DNA from: Bacillota bacterium
Lineage (GTDB): Bacteria > Bacillota > Dehalobacteriia > UBA4068
Assembly: GCA_030527285.1 (NCBI GenBank)
Contig: JAUNBC010000007.1
Location: 13,335-77,334, forward strand
Length of the DNA: 64,000 nt
Direction: 5' to 3'
The first letter of the stretch is position 1. Each line of letters begins with the position of its first letter. Below, piece after piece: positions 33,431 through 45,985 of this stretch. The notes beneath the pieces were generated by a model. That model worked only from the letters and a program-made list of their open reading frames with translations, made no database searches and had not been told where the DNA came from. The position numbers and the translations under genes were made by a program.

Positions 33431-34867
33431 TTACTCGGACAGCGCCTTGAGCATAAACTCCCTGACCATATTGGGATTGGCCTGTCCCTTGGTCTCCTTC
33501 ATCACCTGCCCGATCAAGAAGCCGATCGCGGCCTGTTTGCCGCCTTTGAAATCGGCTACCGGCTGCGGATTGGCGGCGATGATCTTGGCCACCGCTTCCT
33601 CAAGGAAGGAGCTGTCCGATATCTGCGCAAAGCCGCGCGCGGCGATGATATCGGCCGGTTTGCCGCCTGTGGCAAACATTTCCGCCAATACTTCCTTGCC
33701 GCTGTTATTGTTGATCGCGCCGGACTTGACCTCATCCAGCAGCGCAGCGAAATCCGCCGCCGTAAAGGGCAGCGGCTGATCGGGGTTGAGCAGCCGTGCC
33801 ACGTCGCCCAACAGCCAGTTGGCGCACATCTTGGGCTCCGCGCCCAGGCCGACCGCCTCATCGAACAGCAGCGCCAAGGCCGGTACCGCCACCAGCTGCG
33901 CGCTGTCATAGTCGGATAAGCCCAGCTCGCTGCGTAAACGGTTGACGCGCTGATCGGGCATTTCCGGCATCGTGGCGGCGATCTCCCGCACCCACTCCGG
34001 CGAGACGATCACCGGCGGCAGGTCCGGCTCGGGGAAATAGCGATAGTCGTGGCTGTCCTCCTTAGAGCGCATCGGGCGCGTCTCGCCGAGCGCGTCATTC
34101 CATAGCCGCGTTTCCTGTATCAGCTTCTCGCCGTATTCCAGCGCTTCGGCCTGCCGCATTTCCTCGTAGCAAATGGCGCGATGCACGGCGCGGAAGCTGT
34201 TCAGATTTTTGATCTCGACCTTGACCCCCAGCGGATCGCTTTCCCTGGCGCGGATGGAGATATTGACGTCGCAGCGCAGCGAGCCCTGCTCCATACGCAC
34301 GTCCGATACGCCCGCGTATTCGAGCGTCAGCTTCAGCTTCTCGCCGAAGGCCTTGGCCTCGTCGGCGGAGCTGATATCCGGCTCGGTGACGATCTCGATC
34401 AGCGGCACGGCGGCGCGATTATAATCGGGCAGCGAATAGTCGGAATTACCGATATTATCGCCGCTATGCACCAGCTTGCCGGCGTCCTCCTCCATATGGA
34501 TGCGGTTGATGCGCACCTTTTTCGCCTGACCGGCCGCATCCTCGATCTCCAGCCAGCCGTTTTTGCAGATCGGCAGCGGGAATTGCGTCACCTGATAGCC
34601 CTTGGGCAGATCGGGATAAAAATAATTCTTGCGGTCGAATTTGCTGTACTCGGAGATCTGGCAATTCAGCGCCAGTCCCGCCTTGACCGCTAACTCCACC
34701 GCATGCTTGTTCAGCACCGGCAGCACGCCGGGCAGGCCGAGGCATACCGGGCAGACGTGGGTGTTGGGCGCGGCGGCAAAATCGGTAGGGCAGGAGCAGA
34801 AAATCTTGGTTTTGGTCTTCATCTCGGCATGGAATTCCAGCCCGATAGTGGTGATATAATCACTCAT
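33431..34867 (-). CDS. gatB: Asp/Glu-tRNA amidotransferase subunit B
   Basis: Internal start MSDYITTIGLEFHAEMKTKTKIFC, the canonical GatB N-terminus. The 61-codon track extension overlaps gatA and is rejected. Confidence 0.9.
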   Translation of the reverse strand: MSDYITTIGLEFHAEMKTKTKIFCSCPTDFAAAPNTHVCPVCLGLPGVLPVLNKHAVELAVKAGLALNCQISEYSKFDRKNYFYPDLPKGYQVTQFPLPICKNGWLEIEDAAGQAKKVRINRIHMEEDAGKLVHSGDNIGNSDYSLPDYNRAAVPLIEIVTEPDISSADEAKAFGEKLKLTLEYAGVSDVRMEQGSLRCDVNISIRARESDPLGVKVEIKNLNSFRAVHRAICYEEMRQAEALEYGEKLIQETRLWNDALGETRPMRSKEDSHDYRYFPEPDLPPVIVSPEWVREIAATMPEMPDQRVNRLRSELGLSDYDSAQLVAVPALALLFDEAVGLGAEPKMCANWLLGDVARLLNPDQPLPFTAADFAALLDEVKSGAINNNSGKEVLAEMFATGGKPADIIAARGFAQISDSSFLEEAVAKIIAANPQPVADFKGGKQAAIGFLIGQVMKETKGQANPNMVREFMLKALSE

Positions 34868-34878
34868 GGTCGCTCCTC

Positions 34879-36336
34879 CTATAAACCGCTCGGCACTAAG
34901 CGCGCGCTCTCGATGGCGCTGCCGGCGGTGAACAGTTTTTCCTCGGCGAAGGGCGCGCCGATCAGCTGCAGGCCCAGCGGCAAGCCCTGATGCAACGCCA
35001 CCGGTACGACGATGGCGGGCAAACCGGCCAGATTGACCGGCACGGTGCAAACGTCCTGCAAATACATCGTCAGCGGATCGTCGACCTTCTCCCCTAACCT
35101 GAAGGCCTGCGAGGGCGCGGGCGGCGTGAGCAAAGCGTCAAAGCCGTCGGCGAACACCCGGTCATAATCCTGCTTGATCAGCGTGCGTACCTGCAGGGTC
35201 TTATTGTAATACGCGTCATAATAGCCCGACGACAGCGCATAAGTGCCGAGCATGATGCGCCGCTTGACCTCCGCGCCGAAACCGGCGGAACGGCTGGCGG
35301 CAAACATATCATAGACATTGTCGGCGGCCTCGCGCAGGCCGTAGCGCACGCCGTCATAACGCGCCAAATTGCTCGACGCCTCGGCGCAGGCCAGCACATA
35401 GTAGACGGGCAGCGCATAGGGCGTATGCGGCAGCGATACCTCCTCGACCGCAGCGCCCTGGGCGCGCAGCTTATCCACCGCCGCCCACAGCTCGTCCAAT
35501 ATCGCGCTCTGCACGCCCTCGCCGCAAAACTCGCGCGGCACGCCGATGCGCATACCCGCGACCGAACGCCCGCAAGCCTCGCGGTAAGCGCCGACCGGCT
35601 GCGGAGCGGAGGTGGAATCCATGCGATCCTGACCCGACGCTATTTCCAGCACCGTCGCCGCGTCATAGCAGCTCTTGGCCAAGACGCCCGCCTGGTCGAG
35701 CGAGCTGGCATAGGGGATGATACCATAGCGCGAGATGCGGCCGTAGGTGGGCTTGATACCGACCACGCCGCAAAAATGCGCCGGCTGACGCACGCTGCCG
35801 CCGGTATCGGTGCCCAGCGTATAGGCGGCCAGATCCGCCGCCACCGCCGCCGCCGAGCCGCCGGAGCTGCCGCCCGGCACATAGTCGGGGTCAAAGGGAT
35901 TATGCGTCACGCCATAGGCGGAGTTTTCGGTGGAGCTGCCCATGGCGAATTCGTCCATATTACATTTGCCGAGCAGCACCGCTCCGCCGGCCTTGAGCTT
36001 AGCCCAGCAGGTCGCGTCATAGGGCGGCTGATAATTGTACAATATCTTGCTGGCGCAGGTGGTGACGACGCCCTCGGAGCAGAAAATATCCTTCAGCGCC
36101 ATCGGCACGCCGTCGATCGCGGACAGGCATTGTCCGGCGGCGCGGCGGCTGTCGGCCGCATCCGCGTCGGCTAAGGCCTGCTCCGGCGTGACCTTGATAT
36201 AGGCGTGCAGGCGCGGCTCGATTTTCTCGATGCGCCGCAAATAGGCCTCGGTCAACTCGCGGCTGGACAGCTGCTTATCATCGAGCAGGACGCGGATCTC
36301 AGCCATGCTCATCTGCGTATAAGTCAAATAGCTCAC
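34879..36336 (-). CDS. gatA: Glutamyl-tRNA(Gln) amidotransferase subunit A
   Basis: Amidase signature GGSSGGSAAAVA and the catalytic Ser-cisSer-Lys context. 485 aa. Confidence 0.9.
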   Translation of the reverse strand: MSYLTYTQMSMAEIRVLLDDKQLSSRELTEAYLRRIEKIEPRLHAYIKVTPEQALADADAADSRRAAGQCLSAIDGVPMALKDIFCSEGVVTTCASKILYNYQPPYDATCWAKLKAGGAVLLGKCNMDEFAMGSSTENSAYGVTHNPFDPDYVPGGSSGGSAAAVAADLAAYTLGTDTGGSVRQPAHFCGVVGIKPTYGRISRYGIIPYASSLDQAGVLAKSCYDAATVLEIASGQDRMDSTSAPQPVGAYREACGRSVAGMRIGVPREFCGEGVQSAILDELWAAVDKLRAQGAAVEEVSLPHTPYALPVYYVLACAEASSNLARYDGVRYGLREAADNVYDMFAASRSAGFGAEVKRRIMLGTYALSSGYYDAYYNKTLQVRTLIKQDYDRVFADGFDALLTPPAPSQAFRLGEKVDDPLTMYLQDVCTVPVNLAGLPAIVVPVALHQGLPLGLQLIGAPFAEEKLFTAGSAIESARLVPSGL

Positions 36337-36372
36337 CTCTTTAATATACTTAAGCCCCGCTGCTCACGCGGC

Positions 36373-36669
36373 TCAGATGATCTTCGGCACCTTGAAATAA
36401 GCGCCGTCCTTATCCGGCGCATTGGCAAGGGCGCTGCTGTTGCTCAGGCTCTCGCCGACCGCGTCCTCGCGAAACACGTTGGTCAGCTCCAGCACATGCG
36501 TGGTAGCCGCCACGCCGGTGACGTCGATGGCGTTGAGCTGCTGCATATACTCCAGTATCGCGCCCAGCTTGACGGCGGTCTCGGCCTTTTCGGCCTCGTC
36601 GAAGCGCAGATTTGCCAGCTTGGCCACATACTCAACGTCAGCGGCGGTGATGATCTTATTCTCGCTCAT
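36373..36669 (-). CDS. gatC: Asp/Glu-tRNA amidotransferase subunit C
   Basis: Internal start MSENKIITAADVEYVAKLANLRFDEAE. About 98 aa, directly upstream of gatA. Confidence 0.85.
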   Translation of the reverse strand: MSENKIITAADVEYVAKLANLRFDEAEKAETAVKLGAILEYMQQLNAIDVTGVAATTHVLELTNVFREDAVGESLSNSSALANAPDKDGAYFKVPKII

Positions 36670-36812
36670 GCTCCCGCTCCTTTGCGTATAATGATTTATT
36701 GTACTATAACCGGCGCTTTTTAACAAGGAAATTTCACAAAAAGGCTTTAACAATACGCCGCTCGTCCAAAAACGGACGGCTTGCGCCTATATTCTGAATA
36801 CTCGCTCTGCAA

Positions 36813-36841
36813 TTGACATTTAGGCGCTTGCGTTATATCAT
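36813..36841 (+). promoter_or_regulatory. Promoter of the mutAB operon
   Basis: TTGACA (36813-36818), 17 nt, TATCAT (36836-36841). Confidence 0.5.
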
Positions 36842-36937
36842 TATAATACGGTTTTATGGGTCAACATATTTTTTTTGCTCTTGATTTTGCTTCAAAATAT
36901 TAGAAGTATCATTCTCAATGCAGAAAGGATGTTGTAG

Positions 36938-39006
36938 ATGGAAAAAGACAAAAAGCCCGCTCTACCGCAGCCCGTCAGCTTTGACGAGTTTGCACCGACC
37001 TCGTATGACGCGTGGAAGGAAGAAGCGACGGCCAGTCTCAAGGGCGCTCCCTTTGAGAAAAAGCTGCTCTCCAAGACCTATGAGGGCATCGTCTTGCAGC
37101 CGCTGTACACCAAGGATGACGCCGAGTCCTTTGCCCAGAAGAACAGCTTCCCCGGCGCGATGGATTATCTGCGCGGCGTTAAGGCCGGCGGCTACCTGCA
37201 GCAGCCGTGGGTGATCGCCCAAGGCAGCGACGCGGTATTACCGGCGGAGGCTAATCAGCTGTTCCTCCAGGAGCTGCAAGCCGGCGGTAACGGTATCAGC
37301 TTTGACGCTGAGAATGGCCTGTATCTGGAGAATATCGACGATATGCAGGCTCTGCTCAAGGATATCTGCCTCAAGGTCAGCCAGCCAAACGTTTTCTGCG
37401 GCGCTTCCGCCGCCGCCTTCCTCGGCCTGCTGCAGACGCGCAATGAGCAAAACGGCTATCCGCTGGACGGCATCGTTGGCGCCGCCGGCGCCGACCCGAT
37501 CGGCGTTTACGCCCGCGACGGCAAGCTTGACGCTTCGCTGGACAATTATTTTGAGCAAATGGCTGCCTGCCTGCGCTGGGCCTCCAAGAACACGCCGCAG
37601 CTCAAGACCATCTACATTCAGGGCTCCGTTTATCATAATGCCGGCGCCAACGCCGTTCAAGAGATCGCCGCCGCCATGACCACGGCCATCGCCTATATCG
37701 ACGCGCTGCAGCAGCGCGGCTTCGCTATCGACGAGATCGCCAAGGCCATCCGCTTCGAGTTCTCGATCGGCGCTAACTTCTTCATGGAGATCGCCAAGCT
37801 GCGCGCCGTCCGCGTGATCTGGGCGCAGTTGATCAAAGCCTACGGCGGCTCCGCCGAGGCGGCCAAGATCGACGTCGCCGCCCGCACCTCCGCCTTCACC
37901 GCCACCGTCTACGACCCCTACGTCAACATTCTCCGCACGACCACGCAGGCTTTCTCCGGCGTTGTCGGCGGCGTGAACGCCATGAACGTCGCGCCCTTCG
38001 ACGCGGCGGTGCGCAAGTCGGACGAGCTGTCGCGCCGTGTGGCCCGCAATATCCAGATCATGATGCAGGAGGAGTTCAATCTGCTTTCGCCGGTGGATCC
38101 GGCGGGCGGCTCCTATTACATCGAGACGCTGACCGGTCAATTGGCCGAAGCCGCGTGGAAGCAATTGCAGGACATCGAAGCCAAGGGCGGCATCATCGCC
38201 GCGCTCGCCGACGGCAGCCTGCAAGACGCTGTCGCCGCCGTACTGGCCGACCGCTTCAAGAAATTAGCCGTGCGCGCCGACAAGGCCGTCGGCTCCAATA
38301 TGTATCCCAACACCGCCGAGCAGCCGCTGGACAAGCATTGCCGCCGCGAGGAGATCAAGCAGGCGCGCGCGCAAGCCGCCGCCGCCTTTGCCGGCAAACG
38401 CGATCAGGCCGCCGTCGATAAGGCGCTATCCGAGATAGACTGCTGCATCTGCACCGTCGCCGCCGCTTTTGCCGCCGGCGCTACCGTGGCCGAAGTCAAG
38501 GCCAAGCTCAATGCCGGTTCCGCCGCGCCGGTCAAAGCCATGCCGGCGCATCGCTGGACCGAGCAATTCGAGGCGCTGCGCGGCGCTACCGAAGCCGCCG
38601 TGGCTGCCGGTAAGCCGAATATCAAGGTCTTCCTCGCCAATATGGGGCCGATACCGCAGCATAAGGCGCGCGCCGATTTTGCCGCCGGCTTTATGGAGGT
38701 AGCCGCCTTCAAGGTGCTGAAAAACAACGGCTTCCCCACCGCCGACGAAGCGATCAAGGCCGCCTTGGACAGCAAGGCCGAGGTCGTGGTCATCTGCTCC
38801 ACCGACGATACCTACCCCGAGCTGGCTCCGGCCATCGCCAAGGGCGTCAAGGCCGCATCTCCGCAAACCAAGGTGCTGCTGGCCGGCGCTCCCGCCGCCG
38901 AGTACAAGGACGCCTATATCGCCGCCGGTATCGACGACTTCATCCATGTGAAGGCCGACTGCCTGAGCATACTTACCACTATCCAAAAAGAAAGGGGGTT
39001 ATGCTA

Positions 39007-39007
<1 letters not shown>
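36938..39007 (+). CDS. mutA: Methylmalonyl-CoA mutase small (beta) subunit
   Basis: 689 aa. MCM-fold TIM-barrel region plus a C-terminal flavodoxin-like domain without the DxHxxG His ligand. Immediately precedes the large subunit. Confidence 0.8.
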
Positions 39008-41187
<2,180 letters not shown>

Positions 41188-41197
41188 AACAAAAGCT

Positions 41198-41229
41198 GCG
41201 GGGCGGGCCAACGCCCGCCCCGCCGTTTT
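41198..41229 (+). terminator. GC-rich hairpin with a short T tract between mutB and meaB
   Basis: GCGGGGCGGG-CCAACG-CCCGCCCCGC, then CGTTTT. Confidence 0.45.
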
Positions 41230-41252
41230 ATCAACATCAAACAGAGGACGAT

Positions 41253-42401
41253 ATGGCGGATAAAGAACAATACGATACTTATAAGCCCGAATGGATAGAC
41301 GAGGATAAAAAGGCGGATAAAAAATACGCCAGCTTCGTCATGACCGGCATCGAAGAAGGCGGCGCCGCCGAGCACCGCATCGCCGCTCATGCCACCAATG
41401 CGGCGCGGCCGCCCAAGCTGACGCTCGACGACTACGTGCAGGGCATACTCAATTTCGACCGCATGGTATTATCCCGCGCCATCACCGTCATCGAGAGCAA
41501 TGCCGAGAAGCATTTTGAGCTGGGGCAGGAAATAGTGCAGCGCATACTGCCCTATACCGGCCGCGCGGTGCGCGTCGGCATCACCGGCGTGCCCGGCGCG
41601 GGCAAAAGCTCGCTGATCGAGACGCTGGGCACGATGCTGTGCCGGCGCGGGCATAAGGTCGCGGTGCTGGCCGTAGACCCGTCCTCCACCGTATCGCGCG
41701 GCTCGCTGCTCGGCGACAAGACGCGCATGGAGCAGCTCTCCAAAGAGCCGAACGCCTTCATCCGTCCCTCGCCCAGCTCCGGCACCCTGGGCGGCGTAAC
41801 GCGCAAAAGCCGCGAGACGCTGCTGCTGGCCGAGGCCGCCGGCTTTGACGTGATATTAGTAGAGACGGTGGGCGTGGGTCAAAGCGAGACTACCGTGCGC
41901 TCGATGGTCGATTTCTTCATGACGGTAGTGATCACCGGCGCGGGCGACGACCTGCAAGGGCTGAAAAAAGGCATACTCGAATTGGCGGACGCGATCGTCG
42001 TCAACAAAGCCGACGGCGATAACAAGCAAAAGGCGCTGGTAACGCGCACCGACTACGAGCAGATACTCCATTATCTGCGCCCCGCTACCGAGGGCTGGGT
42101 CACTCATGCCTACACCTGCTCGGCGCTGACCGCGGAAGGCGTAGCCGAATTATGGGCGACGGTCGAGGACTTCATGGCGCAAATGCGCGAAAGCGGCCTG
42201 CTGGAGCAGCGCCGCCAGCAGCAAAACCTCACCTGGGTGCGCGAGATGACCGACGACTATGTGCATAATCTGATCTACCGCAATCCACAGATCGCCGGAC
42301 CGATGCAGAGCATCGAGCAGCAGGTGCTAGACGGACAAATCTCGCCGACCGGCGCGCTTAGGCAATTGATCGAGCTGATCGAAAAGACGCTTTATCAATA
42401 A
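41253..42401 (+). CDS. meaB: Methylmalonyl-CoA mutase-associated GTPase (MeaB/ArgK)
   Basis: P-loop GVPGAGKSS, ETVGVGQSE and NKADG motifs in MeaB order. Confidence 0.85.
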   Translation: MADKEQYDTYKPEWIDEDKKADKKYASFVMTGIEEGGAAEHRIAAHATNAARPPKLTLDDYVQGILNFDRMVLSRAITVIESNAEKHFELGQEIVQRILPYTGRAVRVGITGVPGAGKSSLIETLGTMLCRRGHKVAVLAVDPSSTVSRGSLLGDKTRMEQLSKEPNAFIRPSPSSGTLGGVTRKSRETLLLAEAAGFDVILVETVGVGQSETTVRSMVDFFMTVVITGAGDDLQGLKKGILELADAIVVNKADGDNKQKALVTRTDYEQILHYLRPATEGWVTHAYTCSALTAEGVAELWATVEDFMAQMRESGLLEQRRQQQNLTWVREMTDDYVHNLIYRNPQIAGPMQSIEQQVLDGQISPTGALRQLIELIEKTLYQ

Positions 42402-42480
42402 TCTTTATCGTTACCGCTTTACAGCTGCCGCCGGCAAGTGATATAATAATAGTGGTGCAAAAGGAGCTGAATAGCTTCTT

Positions 42481-43407
42481 TTGCTATGGGAGAACACCGT
42501 GACGGAAATCACCGCTTTGATCAGCAATATCCAAAAATACTCGATACATGACGGCCCGGGCATCCGCACCACCGTCTTTTTCAAGGGCTGCCCGCTGTTA
42601 TGCGCCTGGTGCCACAATCCGGAAACGCAGGTGTTCAACGCCGAGATCAAATGGCAGGGCGATAAATGCATCGGCTGCCTGTCCTGCGTCGCCGCCTGTC
42701 CCAAGCAGGCGATCAGCGCCGCGGCGGACGGCGTCGCCATCGACCCCGAGCTATGCGGCGTTTGCGGCGCTTGCGCCAATATTTGCCCGTCGCTGGCTAT
42801 GGAGCTGCTGGGCAAGAGCTATACGCCAAAGCAACTCTATGCCGAGATCATCAAGGACGCGCTCTTTTATCAGCAATCGGGCGGCGGCGTGACGCTGTCC
42901 GGCGGCGAGCCGCTGAGCCATGACGCATTCGCGCTGGCGCTGCTGCAAAGGCTCAAGGCCGACGGCATCCATACCGCCGTCGATACCGCCGGTTTTGTGC
43001 CGTGGCGAGTGTTTGAGCAGCTTGATCCATACATCGACCTTTACCTCTACGATATCAAGCATTTGGATAGCGATATCCATGAGCAATATACGCGCGTGCC
43101 CAATCAGCCGATACTCGATAATTTGCAGAAGCTGTCGCAGCTCGCCCGCGAGATCTGGCTGCGCATACCGCTGATACCGGGCGTCAACGACGACCCCGGG
43201 CATATACGGCGTATCGGCGAGCTGGCGCGGCGGCTGGGGCTGAGAGAGATCTACCTGCTGCCCTATCATCGCATGGCCGCCGCCAAGTACGCCCGCCTGC
43301 AGCTGCCCTATACGCTGGGCGCGCTGGAAGAACCGCAGCAGCAACAGTTGGAAGAACTGGCGGATATACTGTCCGCCACGGGAGCTAATGCACATATAGG
43401 AGGATGA
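42481..43407 (+). CDS. Glycyl-radical enzyme activating protein (radical SAM with two extra ferredoxin-type clusters)
   Basis: CPLLCAWC (Cx3Cx2C), CIGCLSCVAACP and CGVCGACANICP. The start is uncertain: TTG at 42481, or GTG at 42499 with GGGAGA 5 nt upstream. Confidence 0.85.
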   Translation: MLWENTVTEITALISNIQKYSIHDGPGIRTTVFFKGCPLLCAWCHNPETQVFNAEIKWQGDKCIGCLSCVAACPKQAISAAADGVAIDPELCGVCGACANICPSLAMELLGKSYTPKQLYAEIIKDALFYQQSGGGVTLSGGEPLSHDAFALALLQRLKADGIHTAVDTAGFVPWRVFEQLDPYIDLYLYDIKHLDSDIHEQYTRVPNQPILDNLQKLSQLAREIWLRIPLIPGVNDDPGHIRRIGELARRLGLREIYLLPYHRMAAAKYARLQLPYTLGALEEPQQQQLEELADILSATGANAHIGG

Positions 43408-43411
43408 TCGT

Positions 43412-45829
43412 ATGAGAACAGTTTGCGGCGCCGGAGCCGTGCAGCGGGAGACGACCCGCGTGCTCGGCATGAACGAGCGCATCCAAAAACAGCGCGCCGA
43501 AAGCGTCGGCACGATGCCCACCCTATCCATCGAGCGGGCGCTGCTGATCACCGAGGCCTACAAACAATGGCAGGGCAAGGTCTCGATACCGGTATTGCGC
43601 GCCAAGAGCTTCTATCACCTGATGACGCATAAGGCGCTGCCGATATTAGAGGGCGAGCTGATCGTCGGCGAGCGCGGGCCTGCGCCGCAGGCCGCTCCCA
43701 CCTATCCGGAGCTATGCTGCCATTCGCCGGAGGATTTCGACGTTATCGACCAGCGCGAGAAGATCTTTTTCCAGGTCACGCCGGAGACCAAGCGTACTCA
43801 CGTCGAGCAGATCATCCCCTTCTGGCAGGGCAAATCCATGCGCGATCTGATGCTCGCGCAGATGACTCCCGAATGGCGGGACGCCTATGAATCCGGCATT
43901 TTCACCGAATTCATGGAGCAGCGCGCGCCCGGCCATACGGTGATGGATGGCAAAATCTATGAGCGCGGCTTCCTCGATTTCAAGGAAGATATCGCCGCCG
44001 AGCTGGCAAAGCTCGACTACGTACACGACATGGACGCCTATGATAAGCAGCAGGCGCTGTTATCCTTCGACATTGCCTGCGACGCGATCATCGCCTATGC
44101 GCATCGTTACCGCGACGCGCTGCGCGAAGCAGCCGCCGCCGCGAGCGACGCCAAACGCCGCGCCGAATTGGAGAAGATGGCCGACATTTGCGACTGGGTA
44201 CCCGCCCATGCGCCGCGCACCTTCCATGAGGCGCTGCAAATGTACTGGTTCGTGCATCTGGGCGTGATCAGCGAGCTCAACACCTGGGACGCTTTCAACC
44301 CCGGCAAGCTGGATCAGCATCTCTACCCCTTCTACAAACGCGAGCTTGAGGCCGGCACGCTGACCCGCGAGCAGGCCAAGGAGCTGCTGGAGAGCTTCTG
44401 GATCAAGTTCAATAATCAGCCCGCACCGCCCAAGGTCGGCATCACGCTGCAGGAGAGCGGCACTTATACCGACTTCTGCAATATCAATATCGGCGGCGTG
44501 GCTAAAGACGGCTCCGACGGCGTGAACGACGTATCGTATCTGCTGCTGGAAGTGATCGAGGATATGCGCATTTTGCAGCCCTCGACCAATGTGCAGATCA
44601 GCCGCAAGAACCCCGACAAATTCGTCATCGAGGCGGCGCGCGTGATCCGCGAGGGCATGGGCTTCCCCAGCGTCTTCAATACCGACACCGTCATCGAGCA
44701 ACTGCTGCGTCAGGGCAAGAGCATCGAGGACGCGCGTCAGGGCGGCACCTCCGGCTGCGTCGAAGTCGGCTGCTTCGGCAAGGAGTCCTATATCCTCACC
44801 GGCTATTTCAACACGGTGAAAATACTCGATCTGACCCTGCATAACGGCGTGGACACGCGCACCGGCAAGCAGTTGGGCTTAAAGACCGGCGACGCGCGCG
44901 ACTTCAAGAGCTGGGATGAGCTGATGGACGCTTTCAAAAAACAGATCGCCTATTTCATCGACGTCGACATTCGCGGCAACAATATCATCGAGACGCTGTT
45001 TTCCCAGCTGATGCCCGCGCCCTTCATGTCGGTGATCATCGACGACTGCATCAAGAAGGCGCGCGATTACAATAACGGCGGCGCGCGTTATCACAGCCGC
45101 TATATCCAGTTCGTCGGCCTTGGCAGCATCACCGACAGCTTCTCCTCGATCAAGAAGCACGTCTTTGACGACAAGACGATGACCATGGATCAGCTGCTCA
45201 AGGCCATCGACGCTGATTTCGAGGGCTATGAGAAGGAGCGGCAGATCTTCCTCAACAAAACGCCCAAGTACGGCAATGACGACGACGAGGCGGACAGCCT
45301 GATCCGCGGGATGTTCGAGATCATCTATGAGCTGGTCAACGGCCGTCCCACCCCCACCGGCGGCACCTATCGCGTAGAAATGCTGCCCACCACCTGCCAT
45401 GTGTGGTTCGGTAAAGTCACCGGCGCTATGCCCGATGGACGCAAGGCCGGCGTCGCGCTGTCCGAGGGCATTTCCCCGGTACAGGGCGCGGATAAGAACG
45501 GCCCGACGGCGGTGATCAAATCCGCCGCCAAGCTCGACCATCAGCGCACCGGCGGCGCGCTGCTCAATCAGAAGTTCACCCCCGGCGTGCTGGCCGGCGA
45601 GACCGGCCTGGCCGGACTGAAGGATCTGATCCGCACCTATTTCCGCATGGACGGCCAGCATATTCAGTTCAACGTCGTAGACAGCGATATGCTGCGCGAC
45701 GCGCAAAAGCATCCGGAGAATTACAACGACCTGATCGTGCGCGTGGCCGGTTATTCCGATTACTTCAATAACCTCACCCCGGCGCTGCAAGACGAGATCA
45801 TTCTCCGCACCGAGCAGCAGGGCTTTTAG
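43412..45829 (+). CDS. PFL-fold glycyl radical enzyme, dehydratase/lyase-type Cys loop, substrate unassigned
   Basis: Glycyl motif RVAGYSDYF near the C-terminus. Cys loop GGTSGCVEVG (Cys, with Glu two residues on). AGGAGG lies 8 nt before 43412; an alternative Met is at 43469. Confidence 0.85.
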   Translation: MRTVCGAGAVQRETTRVLGMNERIQKQRAESVGTMPTLSIERALLITEAYKQWQGKVSIPVLRAKSFYHLMTHKALPILEGELIVGERGPAPQAAPTYPELCCHSPEDFDVIDQREKIFFQVTPETKRTHVEQIIPFWQGKSMRDLMLAQMTPEWRDAYESGIFTEFMEQRAPGHTVMDGKIYERGFLDFKEDIAAELAKLDYVHDMDAYDKQQALLSFDIACDAIIAYAHRYRDALREAAAAASDAKRRAELEKMADICDWVPAHAPRTFHEALQMYWFVHLGVISELNTWDAFNPGKLDQHLYPFYKRELEAGTLTREQAKELLESFWIKFNNQPAPPKVGITLQESGTYTDFCNINIGGVAKDGSDGVNDVSYLLLEVIEDMRILQPSTNVQISRKNPDKFVIEAARVIREGMGFPSVFNTDTVIEQLLRQGKSIEDARQGGTSGCVEVGCFGKESYILTGYFNTVKILDLTLHNGVDTRTGKQLGLKTGDARDFKSWDELMDAFKKQIAYFIDVDIRGNNIIETLFSQLMPAPFMSVIIDDCIKKARDYNNGGARYHSRYIQFVGLGSITDSFSSIKKHVFDDKTMTMDQLLKAIDADFEGYEKERQIFLNKTPKYGNDDDEADSLIRGMFEIIYELVNGRPTPTGGTYRVEMLPTTCHVWFGKVTGAMPDGRKAGVALSEGISPVQGADKNGPTAVIKSAAKLDHQRTGGALLNQKFTPGVLAGETGLAGLKDLIRTYFRMDGQHIQFNVVDSDMLRDAQKHPENYNDLIVRVAGYSDYFNNLTPALQDEIILRTEQQGF

Positions 45830-45873
45830 ATAACGGTAAAGCAAGGCCAAAGCGCCGTTCGCCGACGGCCTGC

Positions 45874-45909
45874 AGCTCCCCGAAAACGATTGTTTTTCGG
45901 GGAGCTTTA
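45874..45909 (+). terminator. Rho-independent terminator after the GRE gene
   Basis: AGCTCCCCGAAAA-CGATTG-TTTTTCGGGGAGCT followed by TT. Confidence 0.6.
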
Positions 45910-45985
45910 TAATACAATGAAAAGGCGGATAGTATTCGCCGTCGGCCAAGCCAACCGCTAAACCAGCCGCTAAACAGGAGACGCA

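Noticed and set aside
32781-33779. ORFs 32868..33779 (+) and 32781..33335 (-) spanning the tRNA-Ser region
   Set aside because: They run across tRNA-Ser, its duplicated terminators and antisense gatB. They are not credible as coding sequences.
36754-36937. Cobalamin riboswitch upstream of mutA, and Moco riboswitch upstream of moeA (53272-53384)
   Set aside because: Both regions are short and contain only a promoter or terminator. No B12-box or Moco-motif-like conserved structure was recognisable.
37238-38224. Long antisense or out-of-frame ORFs inside high-GC genes (for example 37238..38224 -, 39352..40485 -, 44060..44842 -, 44879..46015 -, 51286..52686 -, 55540..56502 -, 8871..9587 -, 17061..17936 -)
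   Set aside because: These are the typical stop-codon-poor shadow frames of ~65% GC coding DNA. The translations are Arg/Ala/Gly/Pro-rich with no motifs, and each lies opposite a gene with clear family signatures.
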